DNA from: Candidatus Dojkabacteria bacterium | Lineage (GTDB): Bacteria; Patescibacteriota; Dojkabacteria; J137 | Reading direction: 5' to 3' | DNA length: 64,000 bases | NCBI GenBank assembly: GCA_030950485.1 | Contig: JAUZRK010000001.1 | Span: 103,998-167,997 of the forward strand | In this document: positions 10,366 through 21,890 of the stretch, piece by piece | Layout: each line of letters opens with the position of its first letter | Numbering within the stretch: the first letter of the stretch is position 1 | The notes under the pieces: model-generated | Databases searched by the model: none | Seen by the model: the letters and a program-made list of their open reading frames with translations, nothing else | Told to the model about the DNA's origin: nothing | Program-made: the position numbers and the translations under genes

Positions 10366-10758
10366 ATGAAATTAAAAAAAATTGATTCAATAGCAATTTG
10401 GTAAGAAAACTGGAGAGAGCTTGCTGATTGGTATAAAGACATTTTTAGCCTAGAAGAAAACATGACTTTAGATCTTGCTGATGATACTGGTACAAATTTA
10501 ATTATTGGATATGGGAGCGTATTATTCTGGATTGGCTATCATGACCAAATTAAAGGCAAAAGCAAAGATCCGTTAAGAGTGATGCCTCCATTTGAAATAG
10601 ATGATGTTTTTGAAACTGAGAAAGAGCTTAAAGAAAAGGGAGTTCAGATTATCGCAAATGCTCAGTTATCTCCTACTAAAGATTTCTATTATTTAACTAT
10701 TCAAGATTTAGATGATAATACTATTAACTTATATAGCTTTAACTTAAAAAATGACTAA
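10366..10758 (+). pseudogene. VOC/glyoxalase-family protein with an in-frame TAA at 10402-10404 (paralog of 56708-57109)
   Basis: ATG 10366: MKLKKIDSIAIW*ENWRELADWYKDIFSLEENMTLD.. aligns with the paralog ..ILFWSENPDELAKSYTDVLELE..; WIGYHDQIKGKSKDPLRVM vs WIGHHDSIKGVTKDPLRRM. Confidence 0.7.
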
Positions 10759-11944
10759 TAATTTAGAGTTATTAAAACTAGAAGTTAACAAACTTGATGA
10801 GCCGATTGAAAAAATCAAGAATCGAATTACAGGAGCAGATGTCTCTAGCTTGATCGAGAAAGAGTTTCTTTCCGAATACAAGCGTTTAATCAATGTAATC
10901 ATTGAGTTCGAAAAACCTACTGGAGAAAAGATAGAGAAAATTCTAAGCTTAGTCAAAAGCATTCAAAATCTTGCTAAAATTGATGTAAGTGAGTTTAAAA
11001 AAAGTGCAAAGGATATTCGAAGTTATATAACTAAAGCGCTTGATGATGTAGCAGCAGGAAACTACAGTATTTGGGCTCCGACTTATAATAAGCTTTTCTT
11101 CTATTCAGAAGTTGAGGCGTGGAAACTTGAAATCAAAACCATTAGAAAATTTGTAGAAAACAATACCGATATCAATAAGTCCTTTGAGATACTTGATGTT
11201 GGAACGGGAACTGGCTTCCCCTCTTTATTACTTTCCAGACTTTATCCAAACTCTCAGGTTAATGCTTTTGATAATTCAGATAAGATGCTTGAAATGGCTC
11301 AGGAGTTTGAAAAAGATGAAATACTTGATTCTAAAGAATTGAGTTTAACAAAGTTGATTCAAGAATATTTAGATCTTAATTACAAAGACTCTAAAAAACC
11401 AAAAAAAAAAAATTTTGTTCATTCACCAATTGTAACCTTAGATAATGAATCCGTCGACATAGGCGTCATGGCAACGGCTATACCTAGTTATACACCTTTT
11501 ACTAAACAGTTAGTTGAAAGTATTTACAGCTCACTTAAACCTGGATCGAGCGCCATGATAAATTTTTCATACATGAGCCTTCCTAGATTTATACTTCTTT
11601 GGAGAGATTATGGATTTACAAAAGCTAGAGAAGAATATAGAAAAAATGCTATTACAGATATTATTTTAGAACCGACAGAAGGAGGAAAGAGTGTTTTTAG
11701 TTTTAAAATTAGTTTTAAAAAATCAATTTGTGAAAAAATTCTTACAGAAACTGGATTTAAAATTAAAAAGAAACATTCTGTTTTTCCATTGTTATATCTA
11801 ATTCTTTCTCTTGGGAAGAAATCTATGCGACAAGATGACAAAAGAATTAGAGCGCCTTATATGTATTTTGAGTTTCCTAAAAATAGACTTCAAAAAGTAT
11901 TGTTTGGAACTTTAACTAAAATTGATTCGTTTCTGTCTAGATGA
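10751..11944 (+). CDS. class I SAM-dependent methyltransferase
   Basis: motif I ILDVGTGTGFPSLLLS. Confidence 0.6.
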   Translation: MTNNLELLKLEVNKLDEPIEKIKNRITGADVSSLIEKEFLSEYKRLINVIIEFEKPTGEKIEKILSLVKSIQNLAKIDVSEFKKSAKDIRSYITKALDDVAAGNYSIWAPTYNKLFFYSEVEAWKLEIKTIRKFVENNTDINKSFEILDVGTGTGFPSLLLSRLYPNSQVNAFDNSDKMLEMAQEFEKDEILDSKELSLTKLIQEYLDLNYKDSKKPKKKNFVHSPIVTLDNESVDIGVMATAIPSYTPFTKQLVESIYSSLKPGSSAMINFSYMSLPRFILLWRDYGFTKAREEYRKNAITDIILEPTEGGKSVFSFKISFKKSICEKILTETGFKIKKKHSVFPLLYLILSLGKKSMRQDDKRIRAPYMYFEFPKNRLQKVLFGTLTKIDSFLSR

Positions 11945-11994
11945 GCTTTATTTACTGCGTATGAGTTACATTATGAGGTAGAAAAACCTAACAT

Positions 11995-12912
11995 TTAAAT
12001 ACTCCCTGGATTCAAAATTACAAACCCAACTAAAATCACAACAATAAAAAATGATTTATGAAGCAAAGTTCCCTTATCAATCCGCTCCGAAATAAGCCTA
12101 GGAAGAAACGTAGTAAGCAAAATACCCGCAATAAACATAAACACTGGATGAGTACCGTTTATTAACCACGCGATACTTAGAGGAGCAGCTAGAGCCGCTG
12201 CGTGAAAAGTTAGCCACGCTACTAAATTTACTACTTCATTAAAAATATTTATACCGATTAGATTTCTATCTGAACTAGAAGAGAAACTAAAAACCTTTTC
12301 TCTAGTTTCTCTAGATATAAACAAAACTCCTAAAGCAAATATCAAATAGCCTATATATTCCCAAAAAGTTGTCTTCCAAAGATCTTCTTCAAGAGCAACA
12401 TATTTAAAAGCTGTTGTATGTGCAGCAGCTAAGAAAGTAGCAAAAAGCATTAGTAGCACTCCTTTAATTGGAGCCCTGAAAGATCTTTCTCTAAAATCTA
12501 TAGCAAAAGATAGAGTTCCAATAAGAATAATTATTCCACCAAAAATCTGACGCGGGCTTAAAGTCTCACCTAAGAATATATAGGCTAAGAAAAATGAATA
12601 TATTGGTAAACTTTGAGTCATTACAATAAGTATTGAAGTTTCTCCATAGCTTAAAGACTTAAAGTAAGGGATTAATTGAAAGATAGAAATCATTCCAAAC
12701 AATATCAGTAGAATTGCGTTTTTAAATTCCACATCAAATGGATCTGCAAAAAATAATAAAAAGGGTAGTCCGAGAGTTGCGGATAAACCCGAAATAACAA
12801 CCAAAGAATTTAATCCCAGTTCTTTATTAAACTTAGTTACTAAAATTTTGTCTAAGTAGGCAACTATCGTCCAGCAAAACGGTGCGAGTAGAGCGTAAAA
12901 TAACCAGGTCAT
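11995..12912 (-). CDS. EamA/DMT-superfamily membrane transporter
   Basis: about 10 predicted TM helices in a two-half duplicated arrangement. Confidence 0.5.
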   Translation of the reverse strand: MTWLFYALLAPFCWTIVAYLDKILVTKFNKELGLNSLVVISGLSATLGLPFLLFFADPFDVEFKNAILLILFGMISIFQLIPYFKSLSYGETSILIVMTQSLPIYSFFLAYIFLGETLSPRQIFGGIIILIGTLSFAIDFRERSFRAPIKGVLLMLFATFLAAAHTTAFKYVALEEDLWKTTFWEYIGYLIFALGVLFISRETREKVFSFSSSSDRNLIGINIFNEVVNLVAWLTFHAAALAAPLSIAWLINGTHPVFMFIAGILLTTFLPRLISERIDKGTLLHKSFFIVVILVGFVILNPGSI

Positions 12913-13126
12913 GTTTAATTTTTATTTTGTTGAATTATAGCGCAGGTAAGTAATATTTACTCAGTTCGATTAAGTAAAATACATACATAAAGCAATATTA
13001 ACATATGTAAAATGGTAAACTAAACTTACTATTAATCAATTTAAAATGGAAGATAAAGAAATTACAAAAAAGAAGAAATCTTGGTGGTAATTAAAATTCT
13101 GCCTACTGATAATACTATTACTTTTA

Positions 13127-13840
13127 ATGATAATTGGAGTTGGAATACTTTATATATACTTTGATAAAGATACTGTCTGCGAAGAAGTTGAGAGAGTAGA
13201 AATCCCTTTACTTTCAGAGCTTCCAAATGAAGTTAACATCAAAATTAACGAAGGAGAGTCTCTTTACTATGAAGTTGATTTAGATTCTGATAGCTCAGTA
13301 AAATATTCATTAATTATTTATTCTGATAAAGCTAGCGTACAAGATAATGTAATTTTATGGCAAAAGCCACCTACTGGAGAATACGTAATCTCTGTAGAAG
13401 CATCTACTTCTGAAGATCTGGATTTATTTAAAATTAATCTTACTGTAAAAGAGGCTAGTTCAAATAATAAAACAGAAGAAGGTATTACAGAGGAAGCTAT
13501 ACCTGGTCCCTTAGTTGATCCAGTACCAGTAAAATTACCAGAACAACAGGCAGAAGTTATTGAAGAACCAGTTGTTGTAACAGATAATTGTACTCCTGAA
13601 CTTACAAGGTCTTACTGGGAAAGCAAATATCCGGGAACTATATGGTATACAGCTAATACTTCTATTACCCCAACAATGATTAGTACTACAGGCGCAGCTG
13701 GTGGATGTCATGTAAAAATAGATACTCCAGAAGGATGTTTGTTTTCAGGTTGGAAAGTGAATAGCAATACTGTTAGCTTAGCTAATTCTACAAAAACAGC
13801 TGTTAGCTCAGCATGCCCAGGCGTTACTATAGTTGAATAG
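13127..13840 (+). CDS. hypothetical secreted protein
   Basis: N-terminal hydrophobic segment, Cys-rich C-terminus. Confidence 0.4.
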   Translation: MIIGVGILYIYFDKDTVCEEVERVEIPLLSELPNEVNIKINEGESLYYEVDLDSDSSVKYSLIIYSDKASVQDNVILWQKPPTGEYVISVEASTSEDLDLFKINLTVKEASSNNKTEEGITEEAIPGPLVDPVPVKLPEQQAEVIEEPVVVTDNCTPELTRSYWESKYPGTIWYTANTSITPTMISTTGAAGGCHVKIDTPEGCLFSGWKVNSNTVSLANSTKTAVSSACPGVTIVE

Positions 13841-13865
13841 AACTTATTAATGGGAAGTGATTAAG

Positions 13866-15593
13866 CTAGTGCTTACTCGCCTCCCACAATCTTTGATAAA
13901 CTTCATTATTCTTAATCAGCTCATCGTGATGTCCAGTACCAATAATCTCCCCTTTATCCATTACAACAATCCTATCAAAAAATGGTCCAGAGGAAATACG
14001 ATGAGTAATTGCAATCATCGCTGTGCTATGAAGTTCAGATAATGATTTGTAAATATTCTTCTCCGTAACTGTATCTAAACTTGCAGTAGCTTCATCTAAA
14101 ATTAGAATCTCCGGCTTAGTAACCAGAGCTCTAGCAATACAAATTCTTTGTGTTTCACCACCGGAGAGTTGTTTCCCTTTACTTCCTATAAGCTGATGGA
14201 TTCCGTCTTCGTACATTGAAATAAAATTCATTGCATCAGAGAGCTCCAACGCATCAACAACTTCTTTATCTGAAAGATCAATGTCACTAACTAATTGCAG
14301 ATTATCCTTAATGCTCCTACTTAATAGCTCATTTGCTTGAGGTACTACTTTTATATTCCCAAGTAATGAATCATTCTTAATATCTAATACATTTAAATCA
14401 TTTATATTTATCACTCCATCGTCTGGAAGATATAATTTCATTAAAAGCTTTGTTAGGGTAGATTTACCAGACCCAGAAGCTCCAACTATAGCGAGTTTCT
14501 CATTCTTATATATGTCTAGATTTATATTATTAAGTATTTTAGTACCTTCTAAATATGAAAAGTTAATTTTATTAAAGTTAACTTTTGTCCATTAACTGGG
14601 AAAATCTTTATCTCCTTCAGGAATCTTCCTCCCTATTTTAAAGATAGAAGATATTCTTTGTAATCCAGTTACGTTCTCTACTAAGTTTTCATAATCAGTC
14701 CAAACATTTGATGCTCTTGAGGTAATCTTTGTATAGTAAGCATATAATGTTACAGCAACATCAATATTCATATTCCCCTCAATAGCCATATATGCAACAA
14801 AAGCAAGTACTATAACTTCTGAAAGATCCAGCATTAAACTTTGAGATGCAGATGTAATTCTCTCAAACCTCCTTAATACTCTAGTACTATCAATGACTTT
14901 TTCATAAGCACTATCTAGATTTTTAAGTAACTTTGAAGTGATATTTAAAAACCTTACAGTTTTAATTTTTGAAGTAAACTCAAAAAGACTAGAATAGTTA
15001 TTTTCTTCCTCTTTTTGTAGTTCTAAATTAAGTTCTTGGTATTTTCTTGCATTTCTATTTACTGATAGAAAAAAGAAGATTAATATTATTATCGACCAAA
15101 TCCCAACTCTAACATCGAATAGCATTAATAAAATTATTGAGAAAAATAATTCTGCTACTCTTTGAAAAGTTGCAGTAAACATAATTTTCAAAATCATCCT
15201 AACTGCTTTAGATCCCAAGGATATTCTTTCTAGATAGCCTCCCTGAGCTTCATTTTCATGAAAGTCATAATCTAAAGTAAATAAATACTGTAGTGCAAGA
15301 ATTCTAGATCTATTTCTAATATATTCTGAAAGTACTTTTGTTTTATAAGCAACTATATTTCTTATTACTGTGACCAATACTAAGCTAATAGCTGTCAAAG
15401 CTATCATCTGGTAAATATTATCAAAATTCTCATTTGCAAAACTTCCAACAATCTTACCGTATAAAAAAGGTGGGATCATTGCAATTAAAGACACTACTAT
15501 AGTAACGCCAAAGTAAAACAATAATTTCCTTTTATATCCTTCTGTAAAAAAGGACATGTCTTTTAAAACATTTTTAATAGGGTAGTGCTGCAT
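13866..15593 (-). pseudogene. ABC exporter (TMD-NBD fusion, MsbA-like) interrupted by an in-frame TAA at 14592-14594
   Basis: TMD ORF (14592-15593) and NBD ORF (13866-14441) are in one frame. The 150 nt between them read WTKVNFNKINFSYLEGTKILNNINLDIYKNEKLAIVGASGSGKSTLTKLL (Walker A). LSGGETQRICIARAL signature and DEATASLD Walker B lie downstream. Confidence 0.8.
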
Positions 15594-15603
15594 TTATTTT
15601 TAA

Positions 15604-16095
15604 CTAAATATATTCATTTAAATCATTAATCTCTATACTATGTTTGATTATCTCATCTTGAAAGCTCTTATAGAAATTAAAATTCAAGCTATCATTCTCA
15701 AACTCAAGGTATTTCCCAGATTCGTCATAGTTTAACTTAAGCACAGTCTTGTTATCAATATTCCAGAAATCTATTTTTGGTAAATCTAATTGATTAAATT
15801 CGCTATCCATTATAATTTTTATATCATCTCCGTATTTCTTCGCTACTTTAAAAACTTCGATTTCAAATTTTGTATAGTCATTAATTGGGAGTGTAACTAA
15901 TCTAACTCTTTTTGTAGAAACTCCACCTTTATTCTTTGATTTTAAGAAATCGAACCATTCAGCATTATCAGTCATATCTACTTTACCAGTCTTAAGATAT
16001 TTATCTAAACTTTCTTTATCTTCAGATAAGTATTGTAAGCTCTCAAATCTAAAAAGAGATTTCTGTGAATTTTTTAAATATTCAAATAGTTCCAT
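15604..16095 (-). CDS. hypothetical protein
   Basis: 163-aa ORF, no motif. Confidence 0.4.
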   Translation of the reverse strand: MELFEYLKNSQKSLFRFESLQYLSEDKESLDKYLKTGKVDMTDNAEWFDFLKSKNKGGVSTKRVRLVTLPINDYTKFEIEVFKVAKKYGDDIKIIMDSEFNQLDLPKIDFWNIDNKTVLKLNYDESGKYLEFENDSLNFNFYKSFQDEIIKHSIEINDLNEYI

Positions 16096-16117
16096 TATCT
16101 AACTTTAATTTAATATT

Positions 16118-17194
16118 CTATAAATATTCATCCATTCCCCTTTTCTTTAACTCATCTAAGATTTTCTTAATATTTCCCACCCTATCTTTAGTTGTAACTA
16201 AAAGAGCATCTTCAGTATCAACAATAACAATATCCTTAAGCCCTAAAGTTGCAATCAACTTCTTTTTCTTTCCCTTTATGAGAACATCTTTAGAATCAAT
16301 ATTAATAATATCTCCATCTAAATAATTCCCATCATCAGCGGAAAAGAACTCAGAAATACTTCCCCAAGCTCCAATATCTTTCCATTTAAACGGAGTCAAA
16401 ATAACATAACCTTCCTTCATGGAATGACTAATAACTTCTCCTGTCATTCCTGGCTCCATTTCTGAATAAACTTTATCTGTTAACTCATCTTCATTCTCCA
16501 ATCCAAATGTAGCCTCAATCTTCATTAAATCTTCATACCAATTAGGTTTATATTTCTTATAATCATTTAATAGCAAGCTTGGATACCAGCACGTGTGGTT
16601 ACAGTGTGTAGAAACTCTATATTTTTCTACAAGTTCTTTAGTTTGCTTATAATCTCCGAGCCTATTTATAAATCTATTTACTTTAAAAACCTCAATATTA
16701 TTTTCATTCATAATCGAATCGCCGAGTTCCATATAATCACTTCCCATATCCGGATAAATCGCTTTCTGACCAGCAGTTTTAAATTTCTTATCTCTTCTTA
16801 CAAGTTTTTCTGCAAGAGCTATCATATCTAAAAATCTTTCTTCAGGTACCCTAAAATCATCAGATTGAACAAGCATAAATGGTTCGTCGTCTGTAAGATG
16901 CATCAATTTCAGAAAAGCAAAACCTTCTCCTGGACCTCTATTTTTCTGATAATCAGGTTCATAAATAATATTTTCCTTTGGGATCTCGTTAGCTTGTTCA
17001 TCAATAAAGTTTTTATATCTTTTTTTAGTTGATATAAAAATATCAGCTGGTGAATAAGCTTTAAGTAAAGTTTTAATTTGATATTGGAATAATGATTCGT
17101 TACCTATTATTTTCTAAAACTGCTTTGGAGCTGAGACTCTACTGTAAGGCCAGAGTTTGGTTCCTTGTCCTTCCGCTACTATTAATAATTTCAT
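16118..17194 (-). pseudogene. mannose-1-phosphate guanylyltransferase-like sugar nucleotidyltransferase with an in-frame TAG at 17114-17116
   Basis: Upstream of ORF 16118-16906, the same frame reads MKLLIVAEGQGTKLWPYSRVSAPKQF*KIIGNESLFQYQIKTLLKAY.. (GxGTRLWP nucleotidyl-transferase motif). The C-terminus has the ManC-like KDIGAWGS. Confidence 0.75.
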
Positions 17195-17254
17195 CTAGTA
17201 AGTGTATAAATGAATTAAGTTTTCTTATAGAATACTATAAGTACGCCATTTTAC

Positions 17255-18457
17255 ATGAAAAACAAAGAATCATTACAAAGATTAGAAATTGCCCAGCAGC
17301 AAGTGCTTTTTCGAGTACTTTATCAAATCGGATCGCTAATATTTTTTCCTTATTATTATATACGCTTATATAAAACCACTGGATCTCTTTCGATAATATT
17401 CTTAGAATCATTAGTGTTTTTTATATCACTTTGGGCAGCATTTACAATTTTCACATTTATAATTGATAAGAATGGCTACCTTAAATCGTATAGACTCTCT
17501 TTTATAATTCAAGCAATAGCATTTGGAGCAGTCTTTATATTTCTTGACCAAATTGAAGAGCTATATATTATTTTCGCCATATTAGTTGGTTTTGGAAGAG
17601 GTACATTCTGGCCAATTTATCATGGAGCTAGCCTTAAGGAATTCCAAGGAATAAGAAGAGGGAAGCTTATTGATATAAATGAATCTATAATACAAATTCT
17701 ATCTATTCTTCTTCCGATTATGGCAGGAGCTGTAATAGGTTTTAGCAATCAAGGGTTAAGAATAATTATTTTAATTTATATTTCAATAATATTGACGGCT
17801 GTTCTATATCCTTGGAAGTACAATAAAAAGCCTAGAAATAAAATTCGCTCATCTGAAATAACAGCGATATTTAAAAAGAAGCATTTTAAAAGATATTTTT
17901 GGATAATGTTCTTTGAAGCTGGAGTATCTAGGTTTATGGGATCGTTATTTTTGGTTATCCCATATATTTTAATTGGAAATGAATTCGGAGTAGGAGGATT
18001 AGCAACTTTAACAGGTATTGTTGCTGCGGTTGGTTCTTTCTCAGAAAGAAATCTAGATATAAAATATAAAACCCCAATAGCTTATTTCGTTTATATTCTC
18101 TCTGGAATAGGAACATTACTATTAGGAATAATCTGGACAGTTCCAATGCTAGCTATCAGAAGTTTAATAGTAAATTTAAGATCATCACTTGGAAGTACTC
18201 TTTATGCAGAATTGAACTACAAAGTAAAAGAAAAGCTACTTGGTGACTTTAAAGATGAATCTGCGCTCGAAATGAATTTAATTGATGAAACTATTGCAAT
18301 GCTTGGTAGAGTTTTTGCTTTAATACTCTCATATTTTTTCATAACTGAAGTTAAAGATATTGAGATCGTCTTAAAAAGTGGCTTAATAATATTTGCTTTC
18401 TACCCTCTATTATCATTCACTCTTAGCAAAAAGCTTAACGATAAATTAAAAAAGTAG
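17255..18457 (+). CDS. MFS-like multi-pass membrane transporter
   Basis: about 12 hydrophobic helices. Confidence 0.5.
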   Translation: MKNKESLQRLEIAQQQVLFRVLYQIGSLIFFPYYYIRLYKTTGSLSIIFLESLVFFISLWAAFTIFTFIIDKNGYLKSYRLSFIIQAIAFGAVFIFLDQIEELYIIFAILVGFGRGTFWPIYHGASLKEFQGIRRGKLIDINESIIQILSILLPIMAGAVIGFSNQGLRIIILIYISIILTAVLYPWKYNKKPRNKIRSSEITAIFKKKHFKRYFWIMFFEAGVSRFMGSLFLVIPYILIGNEFGVGGLATLTGIVAAVGSFSERNLDIKYKTPIAYFVYILSGIGTLLLGIIWTVPMLAIRSLIVNLRSSLGSTLYAELNYKVKEKLLGDFKDESALEMNLIDETIAMLGRVFALILSYFFITEVKDIEIVLKSGLIIFAFYPLLSFTLSKKLNDKLKK

Positions 18458-18458
18458 A

Positions 18459-18818
18459 TTAAACTCCGGCAGCGGTTTTAGCTGCATCTAATGAAATTGA
18501 AGCGCATTTTAATCTTGAAGAAGTAAGCTCTATACCTATAAGCTCTAAAAGACTGTCTAGATTAAATTTAGAAAGTTCACTAATTTTCATACCAATAATC
18601 TTTTCATAAAGTAGGGAAGCTGAACCTATACAAATAGAACAACCTTCTCCATTGAAAGAAACATCTACAATTACGTCATTTTTTATATCTAGCTGAATTG
18701 TAACTCTATCTCCACAAGATAAATTCTTAGAAGTAGCCTTGTTTGTATATTCGATTTGTTTATCGAAATTCTGGGGATTTTTATAATGATCTAGGAGTTG
18801 TTCTTGGTATTCATTCAT
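18459..18818 (-). CDS. SufU/IscU-type Fe-S cluster scaffold
   Basis: LSCGDRVTIQL and GEGCSICIGSASLL conserved Cys ligand motifs. Confidence 0.7.
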   Translation of the reverse strand: MNEYQEQLLDHYKNPQNFDKQIEYTNKATSKNLSCGDRVTIQLDIKNDVIVDVSFNGEGCSICIGSASLLYEKIIGMKISELSKFNLDSLLELIGIELTSSRLKCASISLDAAKTAAGV

Positions 18819-18913
18819 AATAAATTATACTATAAGTAATTGTGTTTATATTAGTTTATTACTAGTATTTTATTCAAAAATGTTAAATAATATATCAGAT
18901 AACTCAATCCCAA

Positions 18914-20206
18914 GTGAACGACAAAAATAATAGTGAATTAAAAGTAATAGGAATCTCTGGAACTAGAGGTAAAACTATAGTCGCCCATATACTTTATGAT
19001 CTTCTATACTCTTCTGGTATAAGAGTTTCTTTATTATCAACAAACGGGATAGTTATAAATGGAGTTAGTCAAAATGATGCAGCAAATTCTTACAATATTA
19101 ATAAGAAAACATTAAAGAACTTTTTCAGAGATTCAAATAAAGAAGAATGTCAGTATGCAATAGTTGAAATTTCTTCACAAAAAATTAAAGATGGAACATT
19201 TAATGGAGTTGAACTTTCTCATGCAATACTTACAAATATCCATGAAGATTCGCTAGAGATTCATGGAACACTAAATGAATATATCCATACAAAAATCGAA
19301 TTTGTAAAACTTATTAAAGATGGAGGTGCATTAATAGTTGACTCAAGTGATAAAAATTCAAAGAGTATAATAAGAGAAAATAAAGATAAGATTGAAAATA
19401 ATATCTATGTAATTAATGCAAATAGAAGCATCATTGCTAGAGAAGAGCACTTTATAGATGGTACAAGATTCTATATTGACGAGCTCGGAGAGGTTATTAC
19501 TAGGCTTTCTGGTGACTTTAACATCGGCAATATTATTCTTGCAGTAATGTTAGCGAGATTTTTAACAAATCCAAAAACTTTAATACCTAGTCTTAGAAAA
19601 GCAGAGCCGATTTTAGGTAGGTTACACTTGTATAGAAAAACACCAGCTAATATTTTTGTAGATTATGCAAAGAAACCTGGAACACTTAAGGCATCTCTTG
19701 AGCATCTAACCAAAGTAAAAAGTCCAAAATCACGAATAATTAGTGTGTTCGGAGCTTCAGGGGACAAAGATAAACTAGGAAGAGAATCTGGAAATGTTTT
19801 AAAAGACTTATCGGATTATGTAATATTAACCTCCCAAGATCCTAATTTTGAAGATGTGTCAAAAATAAATTCAGAAATACATACCTCTTCTGGTGATTAT
19901 GGTAGTGTCTTAATAGAGAGAATTGGATCGGAACAAGAGTACGAACTAATTAAATATGATAATTTGGCCAATAAAATTGAAAGAGTATATTTAACAGGAG
20001 ACGTTCCGTTTATTGCTTTTGACGAAAATGCATATACAAGTAGGCTAAATGCAATAGACTTAGCGTTAAAAATATCTAGACCTGGAGATATTATTTATAT
20101 AACAGGAAAAGGTCACGAAAAGTCTTCAATTTATAACAATATTGAATATGAGTGGTCTGATTATGAGGCTATTAATCTTTTATTAAGCCAATATGGATAC
20201 CAATAA
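18914..20206 (+). CDS. Mur ligase family protein (MurE/MurF-like)
   Basis: GISGTRGKT P-loop of Mur ligases; C-terminal ligase domain. Confidence 0.65.
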   Translation: MNDKNNSELKVIGISGTRGKTIVAHILYDLLYSSGIRVSLLSTNGIVINGVSQNDAANSYNINKKTLKNFFRDSNKEECQYAIVEISSQKIKDGTFNGVELSHAILTNIHEDSLEIHGTLNEYIHTKIEFVKLIKDGGALIVDSSDKNSKSIIRENKDKIENNIYVINANRSIIAREEHFIDGTRFYIDELGEVITRLSGDFNIGNIILAVMLARFLTNPKTLIPSLRKAEPILGRLHLYRKTPANIFVDYAKKPGTLKASLEHLTKVKSPKSRIISVFGASGDKDKLGRESGNVLKDLSDYVILTSQDPNFEDVSKINSEIHTSSGDYGSVLIERIGSEQEYELIKYDNLANKIERVYLTGDVPFIAFDENAYTSRLNAIDLALKISRPGDIIYITGKGHEKSSIYNNIEYEWSDYEAINLLLSQYGYQ

Positions 20207-20756
20207 AAAATTAATATTAGTAGAAAGAGTTGAAACATTCTTTATATTACAAGCAATTGTATTAGTTATAATGGCTAGTCTTTTGTTCTTAGTTATAGTT
20301 TCACCAAAACCTCTATCTGAAAAAAGTAGTTTAAATCCAAGCGTCCAAGGTATTAGTGATACTATTAGCAACTTAGAATTCAAAAATGAATACAGTTATA
20401 TAAGTCATAATACGAATGAATACAGTGAATTTGACAAAAATATTTACCATATAAACATTACTCCAAACCAATTATTACAATCTCAATATATTTCAGATCT
20501 TGTTGAAATAACTAATTTAAATACATCAGAAGCAAAGATAAATTTAAATTTAGCTATAAAAGGAAATCTGGGCTACGATTTAGACTTATTTATAATTGAT
20601 AGAGGTATTGAAAAACTTTTATTCGATTCGATTTCGGGTCCAAGAAATGTAGAATTATTACTAAAACCTTCAGAAATTCGAAATATAAAAATAAAAATAA
20701 TTTCTCATGATAAGATCAATTACCCTATTACACTAGGCTTAGAGTTTAAATACTAA
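20193..20756 (+). CDS. hypothetical membrane protein
   Basis: single TM helix near the N-terminus. Confidence 0.4.
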   Translation: MDTNKKLILVERVETFFILQAIVLVIMASLLFLVIVSPKPLSEKSSLNPSVQGISDTISNLEFKNEYSYISHNTNEYSEFDKNIYHINITPNQLLQSQYISDLVEITNLNTSEAKINLNLAIKGNLGYDLDLFIIDRGIEKLLFDSISGPRNVELLLKPSEIRNIKIKIISHDKINYPITLGLEFKY

Positions 20757-20856
20757 TTCTTTCAAAATCCTTACAGTACAATTTGTTTCATTCTTGATTT
20801 GACTATATATAAAGGGCTAATGTAATATATTATTTGTATAATTATTAACATCATTT

Positions 20857-21876
20857 ATGGCTAAAACTAAAAAAGAACCTGAAGATAAAAACGAGTCTGG
20901 TAAGCAAAAAGCAATCAACGTAGCAATCGAACAAATTACAAAACAATTTGGAGAAGGATCAATAATGACCCTTAAAGAAGGTAAGGTTAAAAAAATGGAT
21001 GTCATTCCAACAGGTGCTGTCTCTTTAGATATTGCGTTAGGAGTAGGAGGTGTACCAAGAGGAAGAATTGTAGAGATTTATGGACCTGAATCATCAGGTA
21101 AAACTACTTTAGCTCTACATATAATTGCTGAAGCACAAAAAATTGGAGGAGTATGTGCATTTATAGATGCTGAGCATGCATTTGATCCAGTATATGGAGA
21201 GGCATTAGGTATTAAAACAGAAGATCTTCTAGTTTCTCAACCAGATTATGGAGAACAAGCACTAGAAATATTAGAAACTTTAGTTAGATCTGGTGGAATT
21301 GATTTAATAGTTGTAGATTCAGTAGCAGCGCTAACACCTAAAGCTGAGATCGATGGCGAAATGGGAGATTCTCATATGGGTCTTCAAGCAAGATTAATGA
21401 GTCAGGCCTTAAGAAAAATAACTGGTATTACTGGAAAAACAAATACTACTGTAATTTTCATCAATCAGCTTAGAATGAAAATCGGTGTAATGTTTGGAAG
21501 TCCAGAAACAACAACCGGTGGAAATGCTTTAAAGTTCTATTCTTCTATTAGAATGGATGTGAGACAAAAAGAAAAAATTAAAAACGGAGATGAAATTATA
21601 GGTGCTATTACAAGAGTGAAGATTGTAAAAAACAAATTAGCTCCTCCTTTTAGAGAAGCATTTTATGAATCAAGACATGGAACAGGTATCGATAAAATCT
21701 CTAGTCTAATTGATGCTGCAGTAAAATTCGAAGTAATTGAGCAAGCGGGAGCATGGTTCAAATACAATGGAGGAAATTTAGGACAAGGTAGAGAAACAGT
21801 TAAAGAAGTTCTTAAGACAGATCAAAAACTTCTGAAAGAAGTATGGGCAGCAGTTAAAGAAAAAGTTGGTTTATAA
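20857..21876 (+). CDS. recA: recombinase RecA
   Basis: [13 protein letters not shown] Walker A and the full bacterial RecA architecture, 339 aa. Confidence 0.9.
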   Translation: MAKTKKEPEDKNESGKQKAINVAIEQITKQFGEGSIMTLKEGKVKKMDVIPTGAVSLDIALGVGGVPRGRIVEIYGPESSGKTTLALHIIAEAQKIGGVCAFIDAEHAFDPVYGEALGIKTEDLLVSQPDYGEQALEILETLVRSGGIDLIVVDSVAALTPKAEIDGEMGDSHMGLQARLMSQALRKITGITGKTNTTVIFINQLRMKIGVMFGSPETTTGGNALKFYSSIRMDVRQKEKIKNGDEIIGAITRVKIVKNKLAPPFREAFYESRHGTGIDKISSLIDAAVKFEVIEQAGAWFKYNGGNLGQGRETVKEVLKTDQKLLKEVWAAVKEKVGL

Positions 21877-21890
21877 TTTAATCGAATCTA

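Noticed and set aside
17092-17373. ORF 17092-17373 (+) and other short overlapping ORFs from the track (e.g. 5121-5360, 7907-8113, 16595-16831, 34031-34285, 44303-44533, 55649-55891, 56277-56619)
   Set aside because: They lie antisense to or overlap much longer, motif-supported genes (or the ManC pseudogene N-terminus), and have low-complexity translations typical of AT-rich spurious frames.
20757-20856. LexA/SOS box upstream of recA (acagtacaatttgtttc)
   Set aside because: Does not match CTGT-N8-ACAG, GAAC-N4-GTTC or RGTAC-N3-DGTWCB with correct spacing. Only a TTGACT -35-like hexamer is evident.
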